From positions 500 through 64,499 of the forward strand of contig CAZEDS010000004.1 of the NCBI GenBank assembly GCA_964510925.1: a stretch of DNA of 64,000 nt, read 5' to 3'. The notes beneath the pieces were generated by a model. That model ran no database searches. It saw only the letters and a list, made by a program, of their open reading frames with translations, and was not told the origin of the DNA. The translations under genes were made by a program, and so were the position numbers. Below are positions 29,399 to 39,139 of this stretch, piece after piece; the stretch's first letter is position 1; each line of letters starts with the position of its first letter. The DNA comes from an uncultured Candidatus Saccharibacteria bacterium (GTDB taxonomy: Bacteria; Patescibacteriota; WWE3; 2-01-FULL-39-13).

Positions 29399-29964
29399 TC
29401 TTTTATAGAAGGCTGTTTCTTTTGTCTTGCTCTTTGTTTGCAGAATTTTTTGAGATCTTCTTTAGTAAGAATTCGGGATTCTTTGCAGAACCTTACCATT
29501 GCAACACTAGGCATATGCGAAAATCCAATGTATTCAATGATTTTTCCTCTTTCTTGGGCACTTTTTATTGCTGGTGATAGATCTGTATCTGAGGATACAA
29601 TGATTATTCGATCACAAAGGTTTTCGTATGTCGCAACTAAGATATCGACGGCCATTTGAACATCGACTCCTTTTTCGTGGAATTTGCTCTCTGATTTCAT
29701 TAAATATCCAAAAGAGTATTTAACTTGATGCTTTTTTAATAATGAAGTTAACTTTTGCTGGTTAGCCAAAAGCTTGTCTGTATGTTCGGTTCCATCTTGT
29801 TTTACACGTCCTACATAATAAGTTGCGCTAACTAGTTCGTTTGATCTTGCTAAAAATTTGCTGAATCTTTCGTAATCAAAATTGAGTAGGTCGTGTAATT
29901 TGAGATCTTTGAGTTTAAAGTAAAAGTTGCTTCCATCTATAAGGATGATGCATTTTTGTTTCAT
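29395..29964 (-). CDS. NYN/LabA-like domain protein (predicted RNase)
   Basis: ILIDGSNFY ... EKGVDVQMAVDIL ... IIVSSDTDLSPAI pattern. Confidence 0.7.
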   Translation of the reverse strand: MKQKCIILIDGSNFYFKLKDLKLHDLLNFDYERFSKFLARSNELVSATYYVGRVKQDGTEHTDKLLANQQKLTSLLKKHQVKYSFGYLMKSESKFHEKGVDVQMAVDILVATYENLCDRIIIVSSDTDLSPAIKSAQERGKIIEYIGFSHMPSVAMVRFCKESRILTKEDLKKFCKQRARQKKQPSIKD

Positions 29965-30106
29965 GTGGCTTGATTATATCTCAATCGGGATTGGTTCGAA
30001 AATATTATGGGTAAATTTATTCAAAAACCCCTGCAAACAGCTTTCGCTCTCACAGGGGGATTAAGTAGGTTCACTATAACAATCGTTTATAGTGATGTCA
30101 ATTAAA

Positions 30107-30140
30107 AAGAAGCTCCCGTCGGAGCTTCTTCTTTTTTTTT
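30107..30140 (-). terminator. rho-independent terminator for the minus-strand gene ending at 30170 (AAGAAGCTCC-CGTC-GGAGCTTCTT; functions bidirectionally)
   Basis: Perfect 10-bp stem flanked by a T9 run on plus and an A5 run on the other side. Confidence 0.65.
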
Positions 30141-30169
30141 GTGTTCGCGAACACTTTTATTATTAAGGA

Positions 30170-31027
30170 TTATTGGTGGTTTGTGAAACTCACACAGCTT
30201 CCTTGGTTTTTAAAGGTTGGGTTATTAAAAATTTTCCAACCATTATCTTTGCATTCATTTTTGCTTGTAGGTGTTAACAACGGTTCGAAATCGAATGTTG
30301 TAACATCGCTTCCAGTTCCAAATTTGAATGTATCGATATTCTCAGTGTATCCATCTGGATAAGGTTCTCCGACACGGATTCCTAAGAACGAATCAGTAGT
30401 TCTCATTTTTACGCCTGGGTAATCAGATAAAATCTGATTCCAAGTTTTTGGTGTTGTACCTGATTCACCTGTAACTGGCCATGTTGCTCCAGAATATCTC
30501 CATAGAGCGTTTCCACCGTTATAGGCATCCCATTCTTGCCATGTATCTTGTAATACTGTTCCATTGTCTGTTGGTAAGAAGACTAATCTTCTTTGCCATG
30601 TGTCTGTACCATTAAAATCAACATTAAACTGCAAATAGCCTGATCTATTAGCACTACCGCCATTTCCTGCCGAAGGATTATAGGTGCTGTAAGCGAGAGT
30701 TGTTATATCTGCTAATTCAGTTCCTTTAAACTGGTATGTAGCCACATTTTTTCTTTGAGTTCCGCTCACGCTAAGTTGAACGCTTCCCATTCCTGCTGGT
30801 GCAGTATCTGGTCCTGTTACAAAAGTTGCTTGAGAGTTATCAATTTGGTCTGTGACGTCATCATAAATGAACCATGATCCATTTAGATATGCATTGATTT
30901 TGGAATTTTCAAGATTGTTTGCTGTGATGACTACTGTATTGGTTGCTGCAAAGGCTATCGAAACGGCCAAAGCGAATGTAAGCCCAAGTACTGGTAGTGC
31001 CGTCAGCAATTTTGAAGATTTGATCAT
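30170..31027 (-). CDS. secreted protein of unknown function
   Basis: Start moved to internal Met43 (MIKSSKLLTALPVLGLTFALAVSIAFA signal peptide). The 42 upstream codons run into the tRNA-Gln gene. The C-terminus has a Cys pair. Coordinates +/-1. Confidence 0.5.
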   Translation of the reverse strand: MIKSSKLLTALPVLGLTFALAVSIAFAATNTVVITANNLENSKINAYLNGSWFIYDDVTDQIDNSQATFVTGPDTAPAGMGSVQLSVSGTQRKNVATYQFKGTELADITTLAYSTYNPSAGNGGSANRSGYLQFNVDFNGTDTWQRRLVFLPTDNGTVLQDTWQEWDAYNGGNALWRYSGATWPVTGESGTTPKTWNQILSDYPGVKMRTTDSFLGIRVGEPYPDGYTENIDTFKFGTGSDVTTFDFEPLLTPTSKNECKDNGWKIFNNPTFKNQGSCVSFTNHQ

Positions 31028-31158
31028 AATATATATCACCCCCTGGTGTTTTAATATCCCACGTGAGCAATCGTGGCTATATATTTTGAGCCGCGATTTT
31101 GACTGGCTACTTAGTGGTATTTCTAATCTACTCTTTGGAGTTATCAAAATCAAACCTG

Positions 31159-31232
31159 TGGCTGCCCAACTTGGATTTGAACCAAGATTCTACGCTCCAG
31201 AGGCGCATGTCCTACCATTAGACGATCGGGCA
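31159..31232 (-). tRNA. tRNA-Gln (anticodon CUG) with encoded CCA
   Basis: Manual fold gave a 7-bp acceptor with U1-A72, a 4-bp D stem with a GG loop, and a 5-bp anticodon stem. The anticodon loop is CUCUGGA. T arm is CUUGG-UUCAAAU-CCAAG, with discriminator G followed by CCA. Confidence 0.75.
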
Positions 31233-31278
31233 ATAGTGGTGTAAAAAAGTTAACTGCTTAATTATATACTGAGTGTGC

Positions 31279-31776
31279 TTATTCAATAATAAGGATTTCT
31301 GAAGTTTTTTCTTTTAGAACCTCAAAGAGTGTTGTTGCAACACCTGCAAATTCAAATTCTTTAGCGTTAGTTGTTTCTCTTTTGTTTGGATCTTGTTCAT
31401 CAGGTGTGTGTTTGTAAAGTTCCGTTGAACGGGCTCTTGGATAGCCATTAATATAAAAGATTGAATGGAAAAATTCGTAACAGATAGGTGTGTCTGCAGT
31501 TAAATCAGACAACAATATTCTATTTTCCTCGACGTATTTATTATCTGGTCTTAATTTCTTAGAAAGTTGTAATGTTATTTTATATGGTTGAGAATAGCTT
31601 GTTATAACTATTCTGCAATTTGAAATATCTGTAGGTGCTCCTCCTAATTTGATCAATAATTGGGATTTTAATCCGTTATAAAAATCATTTTGGGTGTGTC
31701 TCATGTCTGCACTTAGTATCTCCATAATCAATTGGTGGGTTTGTTCTGGTGTTTGCAGTTGTTGTTCTTCTTCCAT
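31279..31776 (-). CDS. hypothetical acidic protein
   Basis: ORF with weak patterned similarity to the next gene. Lies in the ABC exporter gene string. Confidence 0.4.
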   Translation of the reverse strand: MEEEQQLQTPEQTHQLIMEILSADMRHTQNDFYNGLKSQLLIKLGGAPTDISNCRIVITSYSQPYKITLQLSKKLRPDNKYVEENRILLSDLTADTPICYEFFHSIFYINGYPRARSTELYKHTPDEQDPNKRETTNAKEFEFAGVATTLFEVLKEKTSEILIIE

Positions 31777-31782
31777 GTGTGA

Positions 31783-32283
31783 TTATTTATCGTCGGCTTT
31801 TTTGCCTTTGGCTTGATCTAACAACTCTTGGATTGATCGGCTTAGACCTAGAAAATTAGTGCAGAATGTTGTTAGTCGCTCGTCATTGTTGTGTGGTTTT
31901 GGTGTTGATTCTTTGTCTTCGCTTCCAATTAGATAATCAGCTGTGCCTTCAAAACCTATTGTGTATGATAACCAAAAACATTTTTCTGGTGCGGATAAAT
32001 CTGTAAATTTTAAACATTTCGTTCCAGTTTCTTTATTGGCTAATGCTTCGACTTTAAAGTTACCAATTATTATGTTTGCACTAAAATATTCTTCATGTGT
32101 TGAAATTGTCTCGATATTGCTGTACCAGCAGACTTGCTTAATTTGAGCTAGTTTTTCATCAAGCAGTTTTGTATCTTGTGTAAAAAGATCATCAAGCAAG
32201 GTTGTCTTTAATGGGTTCAATTCTTGATCGATCTCAGGTTGTTGATCAATAATATTTGGTGTTTCTTCTAGTTGTGTTTGCAT
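31783..32283 (-). CDS. hypothetical acidic protein (possible paralog of the previous gene)
   Basis: ORF with a shared C-terminal-half pattern: C[FY]...G...TP...F.G...EL. Confidence 0.4.
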   Translation of the reverse strand: MQTQLEETPNIIDQQPEIDQELNPLKTTLLDDLFTQDTKLLDEKLAQIKQVCWYSNIETISTHEEYFSANIIIGNFKVEALANKETGTKCLKFTDLSAPEKCFWLSYTIGFEGTADYLIGSEDKESTPKPHNNDERLTTFCTNFLGLSRSIQELLDQAKGKKADDK

Positions 32284-32332
32284 CGAGAGCTTATTTTATA
32301 GGATAGGTAAATTTTCGGCAAGATATAGCGGG

Positions 32333-33130
32333 TTATTTGTTGCGTTCGTTTCTGACAAACATATATGTTCCGAGTACTAAAAATATTACAGAAAAGGCTA
32401 TTACGACAATTATATTTGTTAGTGGGCTGAATAAAACTGTTTTTTCATAAGCAGGTGAATTCCAATAATAAATACTCCTTAGCAAATCTACTGCATATGT
32501 CATTGGTGCAATTCTTGAAAGGATCATTAATGGTAATGGCAAAATTTTTATTGGATTAAAAACTCCAGCTAGAAAAAATTGTGGGAACAATAAAAATGGA
32601 AACAATTGATTTGCCGCACGTTGATCGCTCATATTGGCCATCACTAGCAAACCAAAGGAACCTCCTAAAATTGCTGTTAAAAATGCAAATGGAAACAAGC
32701 TTGCTAACATTCCAAGGTCAAATGGAACTCTAAATATAAACGCAAAAATTAAGACACCTAAAATTTGTACAAATGATACAAGTGTTTCTCCGAGTATTTT
32801 TCCAAAAACAATTGCATATCTTGAAACCGGAGAGATGAATAATTCTTGAGAAAAATCGTTTTGCTTATCTTCTATCAGTGATATTAATCCACCAGCAGTT
32901 GATTGAAATAGTGTTTGACCGATTACTCCAATAAATACAAATGTTAAAAAGTTATATCCAATATCGTCACCAATATTTGATTGCATGCTTGATCCTAAAA
33001 TTCCAATGAAAATTAATGGGAATGCTAAACTTGCGATCATTCGGCCTCTATCTCTAAGAAGTTTTGTTAAGTCTCTTGCTGCGATAGTGATTATTGCGTT
33101 AAAGTTGTTCATTATTTTTTTTGGAATCAA
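32333..33130 (-). CDS. ABC-2 type transporter permease
   Basis: Six TM segments. N-terminal ARDLTKLLRDR region typical of ABC-2. Overlaps the ATPase gene. Alternative start Met7 at 33112. Confidence 0.7.
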   Translation of the reverse strand: MIPKKIMNNFNAIITIAARDLTKLLRDRGRMIASLAFPLIFIGILGSSMQSNIGDDIGYNFLTFVFIGVIGQTLFQSTAGGLISLIEDKQNDFSQELFISPVSRYAIVFGKILGETLVSFVQILGVLIFAFIFRVPFDLGMLASLFPFAFLTAILGGSFGLLVMANMSDQRAANQLFPFLLFPQFFLAGVFNPIKILPLPLMILSRIAPMTYAVDLLRSIYYWNSPAYEKTVLFSPLTNIIVVIAFSVIFLVLGTYMFVRNERNK

Positions 33131-34052
33131 TTAGCGAAATATAGGCTTCTTCTAATGTTGGACTTAAAATTTTGATCGATGAAAGTTCTGTTTTTATTGA
33201 TTGTAAAATTTTTTGAGCATGTTTTGAATCAACAATATCAATTTTAAACGGATATGTTGATTCTATTTTGAGATTCATTTCTTTGAGCTCTGCGGCAAGT
33301 TCATTTTTATTATTTGATTCAAGAATTAAGAACTGATCCACAAGTTTTGCTTTTAGTTGTGCAGGTGAGCCAAAGGAAACTATTTTTCCATGATTAATTA
33401 CACAAACGGTATCAGCTCCTTCTGCTTCATCAAGATAATGTGTTGTTAAAAAAATTGTTATGCCTTTTTCTTGTCGGACTTTTTGAAGATATTCCCACAA
33501 ATTTTTTCTACTAACAGGGTCTAGACCTGTTGTGGGTTCGTCTAAAAACAAAACTTTTGGAGAGTGCATTAATCCTCTTATAATTTCAAGCTTTCGTTTC
33601 ATTCCGCCAGAAAAAGTTTTTATTGGTTTGAATAAATCGCTAGTTTTTAAATCTAAAACTTTTGCGAGTTCCTTTACTTTTTCTTTATAATCTTGAGGCA
33701 TCATTTTATAAAAAGGGCGGTATGAATAAATTCCATAAAGATTTGTGTGAAGCCTAATATTTTCTTCTGCCGTTAAATTTGCATCAAGACTTGGGTTTTG
33801 GAAAATTACACCAATGTTTTGTCTGACTTCATCTGCATTTTTTTCGGAATCAAAACCTGCAATTTCAATTTCTCCGGAAGTTTTTGAAAGTGTTGTATTA
33901 AGCATCGAAATCATTGTTGTTTTTCCAGCTCCGTTTGGTCCTAAAAGTGCGAAAAACTCACCTTTTTTAACTTCAAAGGATACATTGTTTACAGCATTTA
34001 CTGTTCCTTTTTTATATTTTTTTGTGAGATTTTTAACGCTAATTATATTCAT
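33099..34052 (-). CDS. ABC transporter ATP-binding protein
   Basis: Walker A GPNGAGKTT, signature LSGGMKRKL, Walker B LFLDEPTTGLD. Confidence 0.85.
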   Translation of the reverse strand: MNIISVKNLTKKYKKGTVNAVNNVSFEVKKGEFFALLGPNGAGKTTMISMLNTTLSKTSGEIEIAGFDSEKNADEVRQNIGVIFQNPSLDANLTAEENIRLHTNLYGIYSYRPFYKMMPQDYKEKVKELAKVLDLKTSDLFKPIKTFSGGMKRKLEIIRGLMHSPKVLFLDEPTTGLDPVSRKNLWEYLQKVRQEKGITIFLTTHYLDEAEGADTVCVINHGKIVSFGSPAQLKAKLVDQFLILESNNKNELAAELKEMNLKIESTYPFKIDIVDSKHAQKILQSIKTELSSIKILSPTLEEAYISLIDSKKNNEQL

Positions 34053-34255
34053 TTTAACAATCCATTATAGCGTATGTTTTGGTGTAGAAAAATGCGCTAG
34101 GTGAAACGGTTGGGTACTGTAGCTCGCCATCGCTAACGAGCACATCCGCTCCACCTAGCAAAAAAAACTCCTTTGCTAAAGCTCGCACTGAGCTTGAAAA
34201 CATATTACCATGCCAGTGTGTTCAAAATTTAGCAATTCAATATATACTTCAAGTT

Positions 34256-35794
34256 ATGAAAAATATCTTTGAATCAAAAATTAATATGGGGTATACGTTT
34301 AAAGGGGCATCCGTTGTAATGGGTGCTGCAGTTTTCGATGGTGAGCCGATAAAAGATTTGTTGGTTAAGATTCCTCTTAAGACTTTGAACCGACATGGAT
34401 TGATAACCGGTGCAACTGGTACAGGCAAAACAAAAACTTTACAGCATTTGTGTGAAATGTTGTCTGAACATGGAACCTCAGTCTTAGTTATGGATATGAA
34501 AGGCGATGTTTCTGGTATATCGGAACCGGGCCAAATGAATGCAGGTATTCAGAACCGTGTTGAGAAAACCGGTGTTGAGTGGAAACCTAAAAACTTTCCA
34601 GTTGAATTTTTATCAATCTCGAATGAATCAGGTGTTCGAATGCGTGCAACTGTTTCGGAATTCGGGCCAGTTCTTTTTTCAAAAATCTTGGAGCTTAATG
34701 ATACTCAGTCAAGTATTATGTCTCTAATTTTTAAATATGCTGACGACAATTTGCTTCCATTGGTTGATTTAAAAGATCTTCGTAAGCTTATTCAATATTT
34801 AACAACTGATGGAAAAGAAGATTTAAAAAAAGATTACGGTTCATTAAGTACCGCTTCAACAGGTTTGATTTTGCGTAAAATTATAGAAATTGAAGAGCAA
34901 GGTGCATCGATGTTTTTTGGAGAAAGATCTTTTGATGTTGAAGATTTATTGCGCAAAGATGGTCGTGGTTTTGGTTATATAAATATTTTGCGATTGATGG
35001 ATATTCAAAATAAACCAAAGATGTTTTCAACTTTCATGTTGAGTTTACTTGCAGAAATTTTTCAGAAATTTCCAGAAGAAGGTGATCTTGATCAACCAAA
35101 ACTTGTTATTTTTATTGATGAAGCACATTTAATTTTTAAAGAAGCTTCAAAAACACTTTTGGGACAATTGGAAACTGTTATTAAATTGATCCGCTCAAAA
35201 GGTGTTGGAATTATTTTTTGTACACAATCTCCAAATGATATTCCACAAATAATTCTTAGTCAGCTTGGATTAAAAGTTCAACATGCATTGCGAGCATTTA
35301 CAGCTCAAGATCGAAAAGCAATTAAATTGGTTTCAGAAAATTTTCCAATTAGTGAATTTTATGATGTAGACACGATAATTACTTCTTTAGGAATAGGCGA
35401 GTCATTAATAACTGCATTAAATGAGCGAGGTGAACCGACACCATTGGTTCATACCTTACATAGTTCTCCTGAATCTAGGATGGATACGATCACTAAGAGT
35501 GAAATGGATTCAATTATTTCAAGATCAAATTTGATTTATAAATACGATGAGGTTGTTGACCGAGATACAGCATACGAACTTTTATCTAAAAAAATGTCTA
35601 ACTCTATGGGTGATGATTCAAAAAATACTGATTCAGATAATTATATGGGTAGAGCTGGTGATGCCGTTTTAGATGCTGCAAATAGTAAGTTTGCAAAATC
35701 ACTTATTAAATCTGTAGCAACTTCGTTTGTGCGAAATCTTACAGGTCAGTTGACTCGTGGGATTTTGGGATCACTTTCAAGGAGATCTAAATAA
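34256..35794 (+). CDS. YjgR/DUF853-like P-loop ATPase (HerA/FtsK-like)
   Basis: NRHGLITGATGTGKTKTLQ Walker A in an N-terminal context resembling YjgR. Walker B-like VIFIDEAHLIF. 512 aa. Confidence 0.65.
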   Translation: MKNIFESKINMGYTFKGASVVMGAAVFDGEPIKDLLVKIPLKTLNRHGLITGATGTGKTKTLQHLCEMLSEHGTSVLVMDMKGDVSGISEPGQMNAGIQNRVEKTGVEWKPKNFPVEFLSISNESGVRMRATVSEFGPVLFSKILELNDTQSSIMSLIFKYADDNLLPLVDLKDLRKLIQYLTTDGKEDLKKDYGSLSTASTGLILRKIIEIEEQGASMFFGERSFDVEDLLRKDGRGFGYINILRLMDIQNKPKMFSTFMLSLLAEIFQKFPEEGDLDQPKLVIFIDEAHLIFKEASKTLLGQLETVIKLIRSKGVGIIFCTQSPNDIPQIILSQLGLKVQHALRAFTAQDRKAIKLVSENFPISEFYDVDTIITSLGIGESLITALNERGEPTPLVHTLHSSPESRMDTITKSEMDSIISRSNLIYKYDEVVDRDTAYELLSKKMSNSMGDDSKNTDSDNYMGRAGDAVLDAANSKFAKSLIKSVATSFVRNLTGQLTRGILGSLSRRSK

Positions 35795-35806
35795 AGCAAA
35801 AAAAAA

Positions 35807-35830
35807 GCGGCTCATTCGAGCCGCTTTTCG
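35807..35830. terminator. bidirectional terminator (AGCGGCTC-ATTC-GAGCCGCT with A-run and T-run flanks)
   Basis: Perfect 8-bp stem between convergent genes. Confidence 0.65.
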
Positions 35831-35841
35831 ATCTATGCTTT

Positions 35842-36534
35842 TTAATTAACTTCTGCGACGACGTTAAATTTTAATGTCGTTTTTGGGTCAACAGCAAATA
35901 TACCTAATTTGCTTGGAGGTGTGACATTATAATCTGTCATTAATATTGTTGCTGTACCTTCTACTGTTACCATTTTTTCATCCCAAGTTCCCATTACTTT
36001 GAATTCGACTGGTTTTGTAACCCCATTTATTGTTAAATTACCCGTGACTAGAGTATCAATTTTTGTATCTTTTTTTACTTCTAAATCATTTACCATAAAT
36101 GTTGCCATTTTACTTTCGGTTAAAATTTTAAGAACATCTTCATCACGAACCGGATTATCTGATCGTAGTCCCGATAAATCAGCCTCAGCTTTTATATCGA
36201 TTGAGCTTTTTTCTTCATTGTATGAACCTTTTCCGGTGACCAATGGTGAAGTTCCTGTAACTTTTCCAGCTTCTTTGCCGACGTATTTTTTATCGACCGT
36301 ATAGCTAACTTGGCCAGATTTTATTAAATATTTTCCTTTATCTTCAGGATTTGGTGTCGATGCAGGTGTTGGCGAAGGTGATTCAGTTTGAGTTGGTTTT
36401 GTAGCCTCTTTAACAGGTGCATCAACTGATTTATTTTCAGGTGCAAATGTAAAATATAATCCTGCAGCAAGAACGACTAAGCCTACTGCAATTAAAATCG
36501 TGTTGTTGGTTTTTGTGTTTGAATTTTGTTCCAT
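35842..36534 (-). CDS. YceI-like family protein with N-terminal TM anchor and Pro/Thr-rich linker
   Basis: GNLTINGVTKPVEF hallmark. N-terminal ILIAVGLVVLAAGLYF. Confidence 0.7.
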   Translation of the reverse strand: MEQNSNTKTNNTILIAVGLVVLAAGLYFTFAPENKSVDAPVKEATKPTQTESPSPTPASTPNPEDKGKYLIKSGQVSYTVDKKYVGKEAGKVTGTSPLVTGKGSYNEEKSSIDIKAEADLSGLRSDNPVRDEDVLKILTESKMATFMVNDLEVKKDTKIDTLVTGNLTINGVTKPVEFKVMGTWDEKMVTVEGTATILMTDYNVTPPSKLGIFAVDPKTTLKFNVVAEVN

Positions 36535-36592
36535 GCAACCTTTGTACGTTATTAAAAATTTTATGTCAAATGATTTATAAAGCTGTATACTC

Positions 36593-38077
36593 GTGATGTT
36601 TATACTTATGCTATTAAAAAACTTGCGAATTACAAGTGCATTTCTGATTTTATTAATATTTACTTTATTTTTACCTAGTAGTGTTAGTGCACATCCACTT
36701 GATACAACAGATTCTTATTTATATATAAAAAATGAAGTAGATGGAAAAATAATTCCAGCTAATGAACTTACGATATATTTTTATATGAATTGGTTTCAAG
36801 CTGCTGCTGTGCTAAAGCGTGAAAAAAATATTGATGCTAAAGATATTTATGAACTAGCTGAGCATAATGAATTTTATCAATCGTATTTTTTAAACCATTT
36901 TTCAATTTTAAATAATGAAAAAAAATGTGAAGGACGTTTTATAGATTTGCCTCAAACAGATGATGTGCTGCCTTTGTCTATTGGCGCACGTTTGGTTTTT
37001 TCATTTAAGTGCCCAGAAAATTTGTCTAATTTGAATATTAAAAATGATGTTTTTATTGAAGATTTTCAATATTCTACAAATAATATTTATATACAAAATG
37101 GAGAGATGCTTTTGGATAAAGCTGAAATGAATAAATACTATTCTTCTACGAATATAAAAATCGAAGGAGATTTAGTAACAGTAGATAAACCAAGTGACTT
37201 TGTCTCTACTAACAGCGATTTAAGCCCGGAAGATCCAAATTATAATAATCAAAATTTTATAAAATCATCGGTATCTACAGAATCTAAGACATCCTTTTGG
37301 GGAGGTGCTTGGAATAGTTTTCAAAAATTTAAGTTATCTAAAATTTTAAATATAAATCCAAATGCTGTAGACTTTCGGAAAATTTCAGTTTTAAGTGTTG
37401 TCGGTATTGTGTTTTTGCTTGGGTTTTTGCACACAATTGAAGCTGGACACAGCAAAATAATTTTAACCTCTGCAATTTTGCATAAAAACATGAGTATCAA
37501 AAGGGGACTCATTTATGCATCAATTTTTACACTCACACATATTAGCGACATTATTGTTGTTGGGTTGATTTTTTTATTTTTAAATAATTTTATAGATGTA
37601 TTCGCAAAATTTTCATTGTTAGAGAAATTTGCGTCTTATGCATTATTATTTATTGCAATATATTTGTTGTTTAAAAATATTGCTGAATATTTAAAACCAA
37701 ATGTAGAAGATAAAAATCATAGTCATCATCATGATTCGGCATTTGAACATACACATGATGGAACCACGCATACACACGAAATAGATAGCAGTGCTTCATT
37801 TAAAGAACAAATTTGGGTTGGCTTTATATCTGGATTAGCACCTTGTGTTTTTGGTTGGTCAATTTTTATGTTGATCCTTTCTACAAAAAATATTTGGATT
37901 TTAATTCCTGCAGTAATTTCTTTTGGTATGGGAATTTTTGTGGCACTTACAATAGTTGTGCTTTTGGCGGGTAAATTTAAAGAAAAACTTTATGGAAAAT
38001 ATTCATTTATAATGGAGCTTTCTCCAATTGTGTCTGCAATGATTTTATTGATATACGCAATTTATATACTTGTATAA
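36593..38077 (+). CDS. membrane protein with extracytoplasmic N-domain and His-rich loop (NicO/RcnA-like metal transporter?)
   Basis: Signal/TM at the N-terminus. C-terminal 6-TM region with the HSHHHDSAFEHTHDGTTHTHE loop between TM helices. Confidence 0.4.
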   Translation: MMFILMLLKNLRITSAFLILLIFTLFLPSSVSAHPLDTTDSYLYIKNEVDGKIIPANELTIYFYMNWFQAAAVLKREKNIDAKDIYELAEHNEFYQSYFLNHFSILNNEKKCEGRFIDLPQTDDVLPLSIGARLVFSFKCPENLSNLNIKNDVFIEDFQYSTNNIYIQNGEMLLDKAEMNKYYSSTNIKIEGDLVTVDKPSDFVSTNSDLSPEDPNYNNQNFIKSSVSTESKTSFWGGAWNSFQKFKLSKILNINPNAVDFRKISVLSVVGIVFLLGFLHTIEAGHSKIILTSAILHKNMSIKRGLIYASIFTLTHISDIIVVGLIFLFLNNFIDVFAKFSLLEKFASYALLFIAIYLLFKNIAEYLKPNVEDKNHSHHHDSAFEHTHDGTTHTHEIDSSASFKEQIWVGFISGLAPCVFGWSIFMLILSTKNIWILIPAVISFGMGIFVALTIVVLLAGKFKEKLYGKYSFIMELSPIVSAMILLIYAIYILV

Positions 38078-38104
38078 GTTGCGTACTCCCTCTAGTATGT
38101 TTGT

Positions 38105-39070
38105 ATGTCTGAAAAAAATAAATCAAACCAACCAACGAATCAAGTTGAGTCAACATTAAAAGGTCTTAAGCAAGAATTGAGATTTGTACGAAAGTTATTG
38201 ATCCTAAATAAATATGGAAACTACAATAAATCTTATGAAACAGAAGTCGCTGAATTAATTGCTTCTGGCGAAACTTCTTCAAATAAAAATAGCGGTTTTA
38301 ATACAATGCATGCCACAATAATTGGACTTTCTATATTATTATCTTCATTTATAGTATTGGCGGGTGTGGTTGCTAGTCAAACAAAAACAGGTCGTGAGTT
38401 TATGGCAAATAAAATGCATATGCAATTTGCTGATGTTTCAACTAGTGCAAATCCAAAACCTACTACTGCTGCAGCAAAAGGACCAAAGATTGCAAAAATG
38501 TCTATTGATGATGATCCTGTTTTAGGTGATCCAAATGCTCCAGTAACTTTAATCGAGTTTTCTGATTTTGATTGTCCATGGTGCAAAACTTTTTATGATC
38601 AAGTTTATCCACAAGTTAAAAAAGATTATATAGATACCGGCAAAATTAAGTTGGTATTTAGAGACTTGCCATTGGAATCTTTGCATCCTGACTCTAAAAC
38701 TAAATCTTTGGCTGCAAATTGTGCTTTAGACCAAGGTGGAGACGAGATGTTCTTCAAGTATCATGATCAGTTATTTGGCCGTGCACCAACTCCAGGTTCA
38801 GGAAAACCAGTTTTAGCTAGAGCTGATTTAGATAAAATCGCTAAAGATTTAGGACTTGATTTTGGTGCTTTTACAACTTGTATGGATACTAAGAAATTTG
38901 AAGCTGAAATAGATGAAGATATCAATGCTGCATTTGCAGTTGAATCTTATGGAACACCTACTTTTTATGTTGGCAAGTCCGCTTCAAATGGAGAAATTCA
39001 AGGTGAAGCAATGGAAGGATACGCTCCATATGCAACTTTTGCTAAATATCTAGACAAGGCTTTAAAGTAA
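38105..39070 (+). CDS. membrane-anchored DsbA-like thiol:disulfide oxidoreductase
   Basis: FSDFDCPWCKTFY (CxxC) in a thioredoxin-fold context. N-terminal TM. Confidence 0.75.
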   Translation: MSEKNKSNQPTNQVESTLKGLKQELRFVRKLLILNKYGNYNKSYETEVAELIASGETSSNKNSGFNTMHATIIGLSILLSSFIVLAGVVASQTKTGREFMANKMHMQFADVSTSANPKPTTAAAKGPKIAKMSIDDDPVLGDPNAPVTLIEFSDFDCPWCKTFYDQVYPQVKKDYIDTGKIKLVFRDLPLESLHPDSKTKSLAANCALDQGGDEMFFKYHDQLFGRAPTPGSGKPVLARADLDKIAKDLGLDFGAFTTCMDTKKFEAEIDEDINAAFAVESYGTPTFYVGKSASNGEIQGEAMEGYAPYATFAKYLDKALK

Positions 39071-39139
39071 AATTTACTAATTCTGGATGGAGGGTTTTGG
39101 CATAAATGTCCAAAACCTCCATTCTTAAGCTTTTTTTGC

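Noticed and set aside
31028-31153. 42-codon upstream part of ORF 30170..31153
   Set aside because: It reads through the tRNA-Gln region. The signal peptide begins at internal Met43. The displayed text and track frames disagree by 1 nt near 31013-31082, so I relied on ORF-track arithmetic there.
30867-31244. 125-aa plus-strand ORF
   Set aside because: Antisense to the tRNA-Gln gene and to the 5' end of the secreted-protein gene. Spurious.
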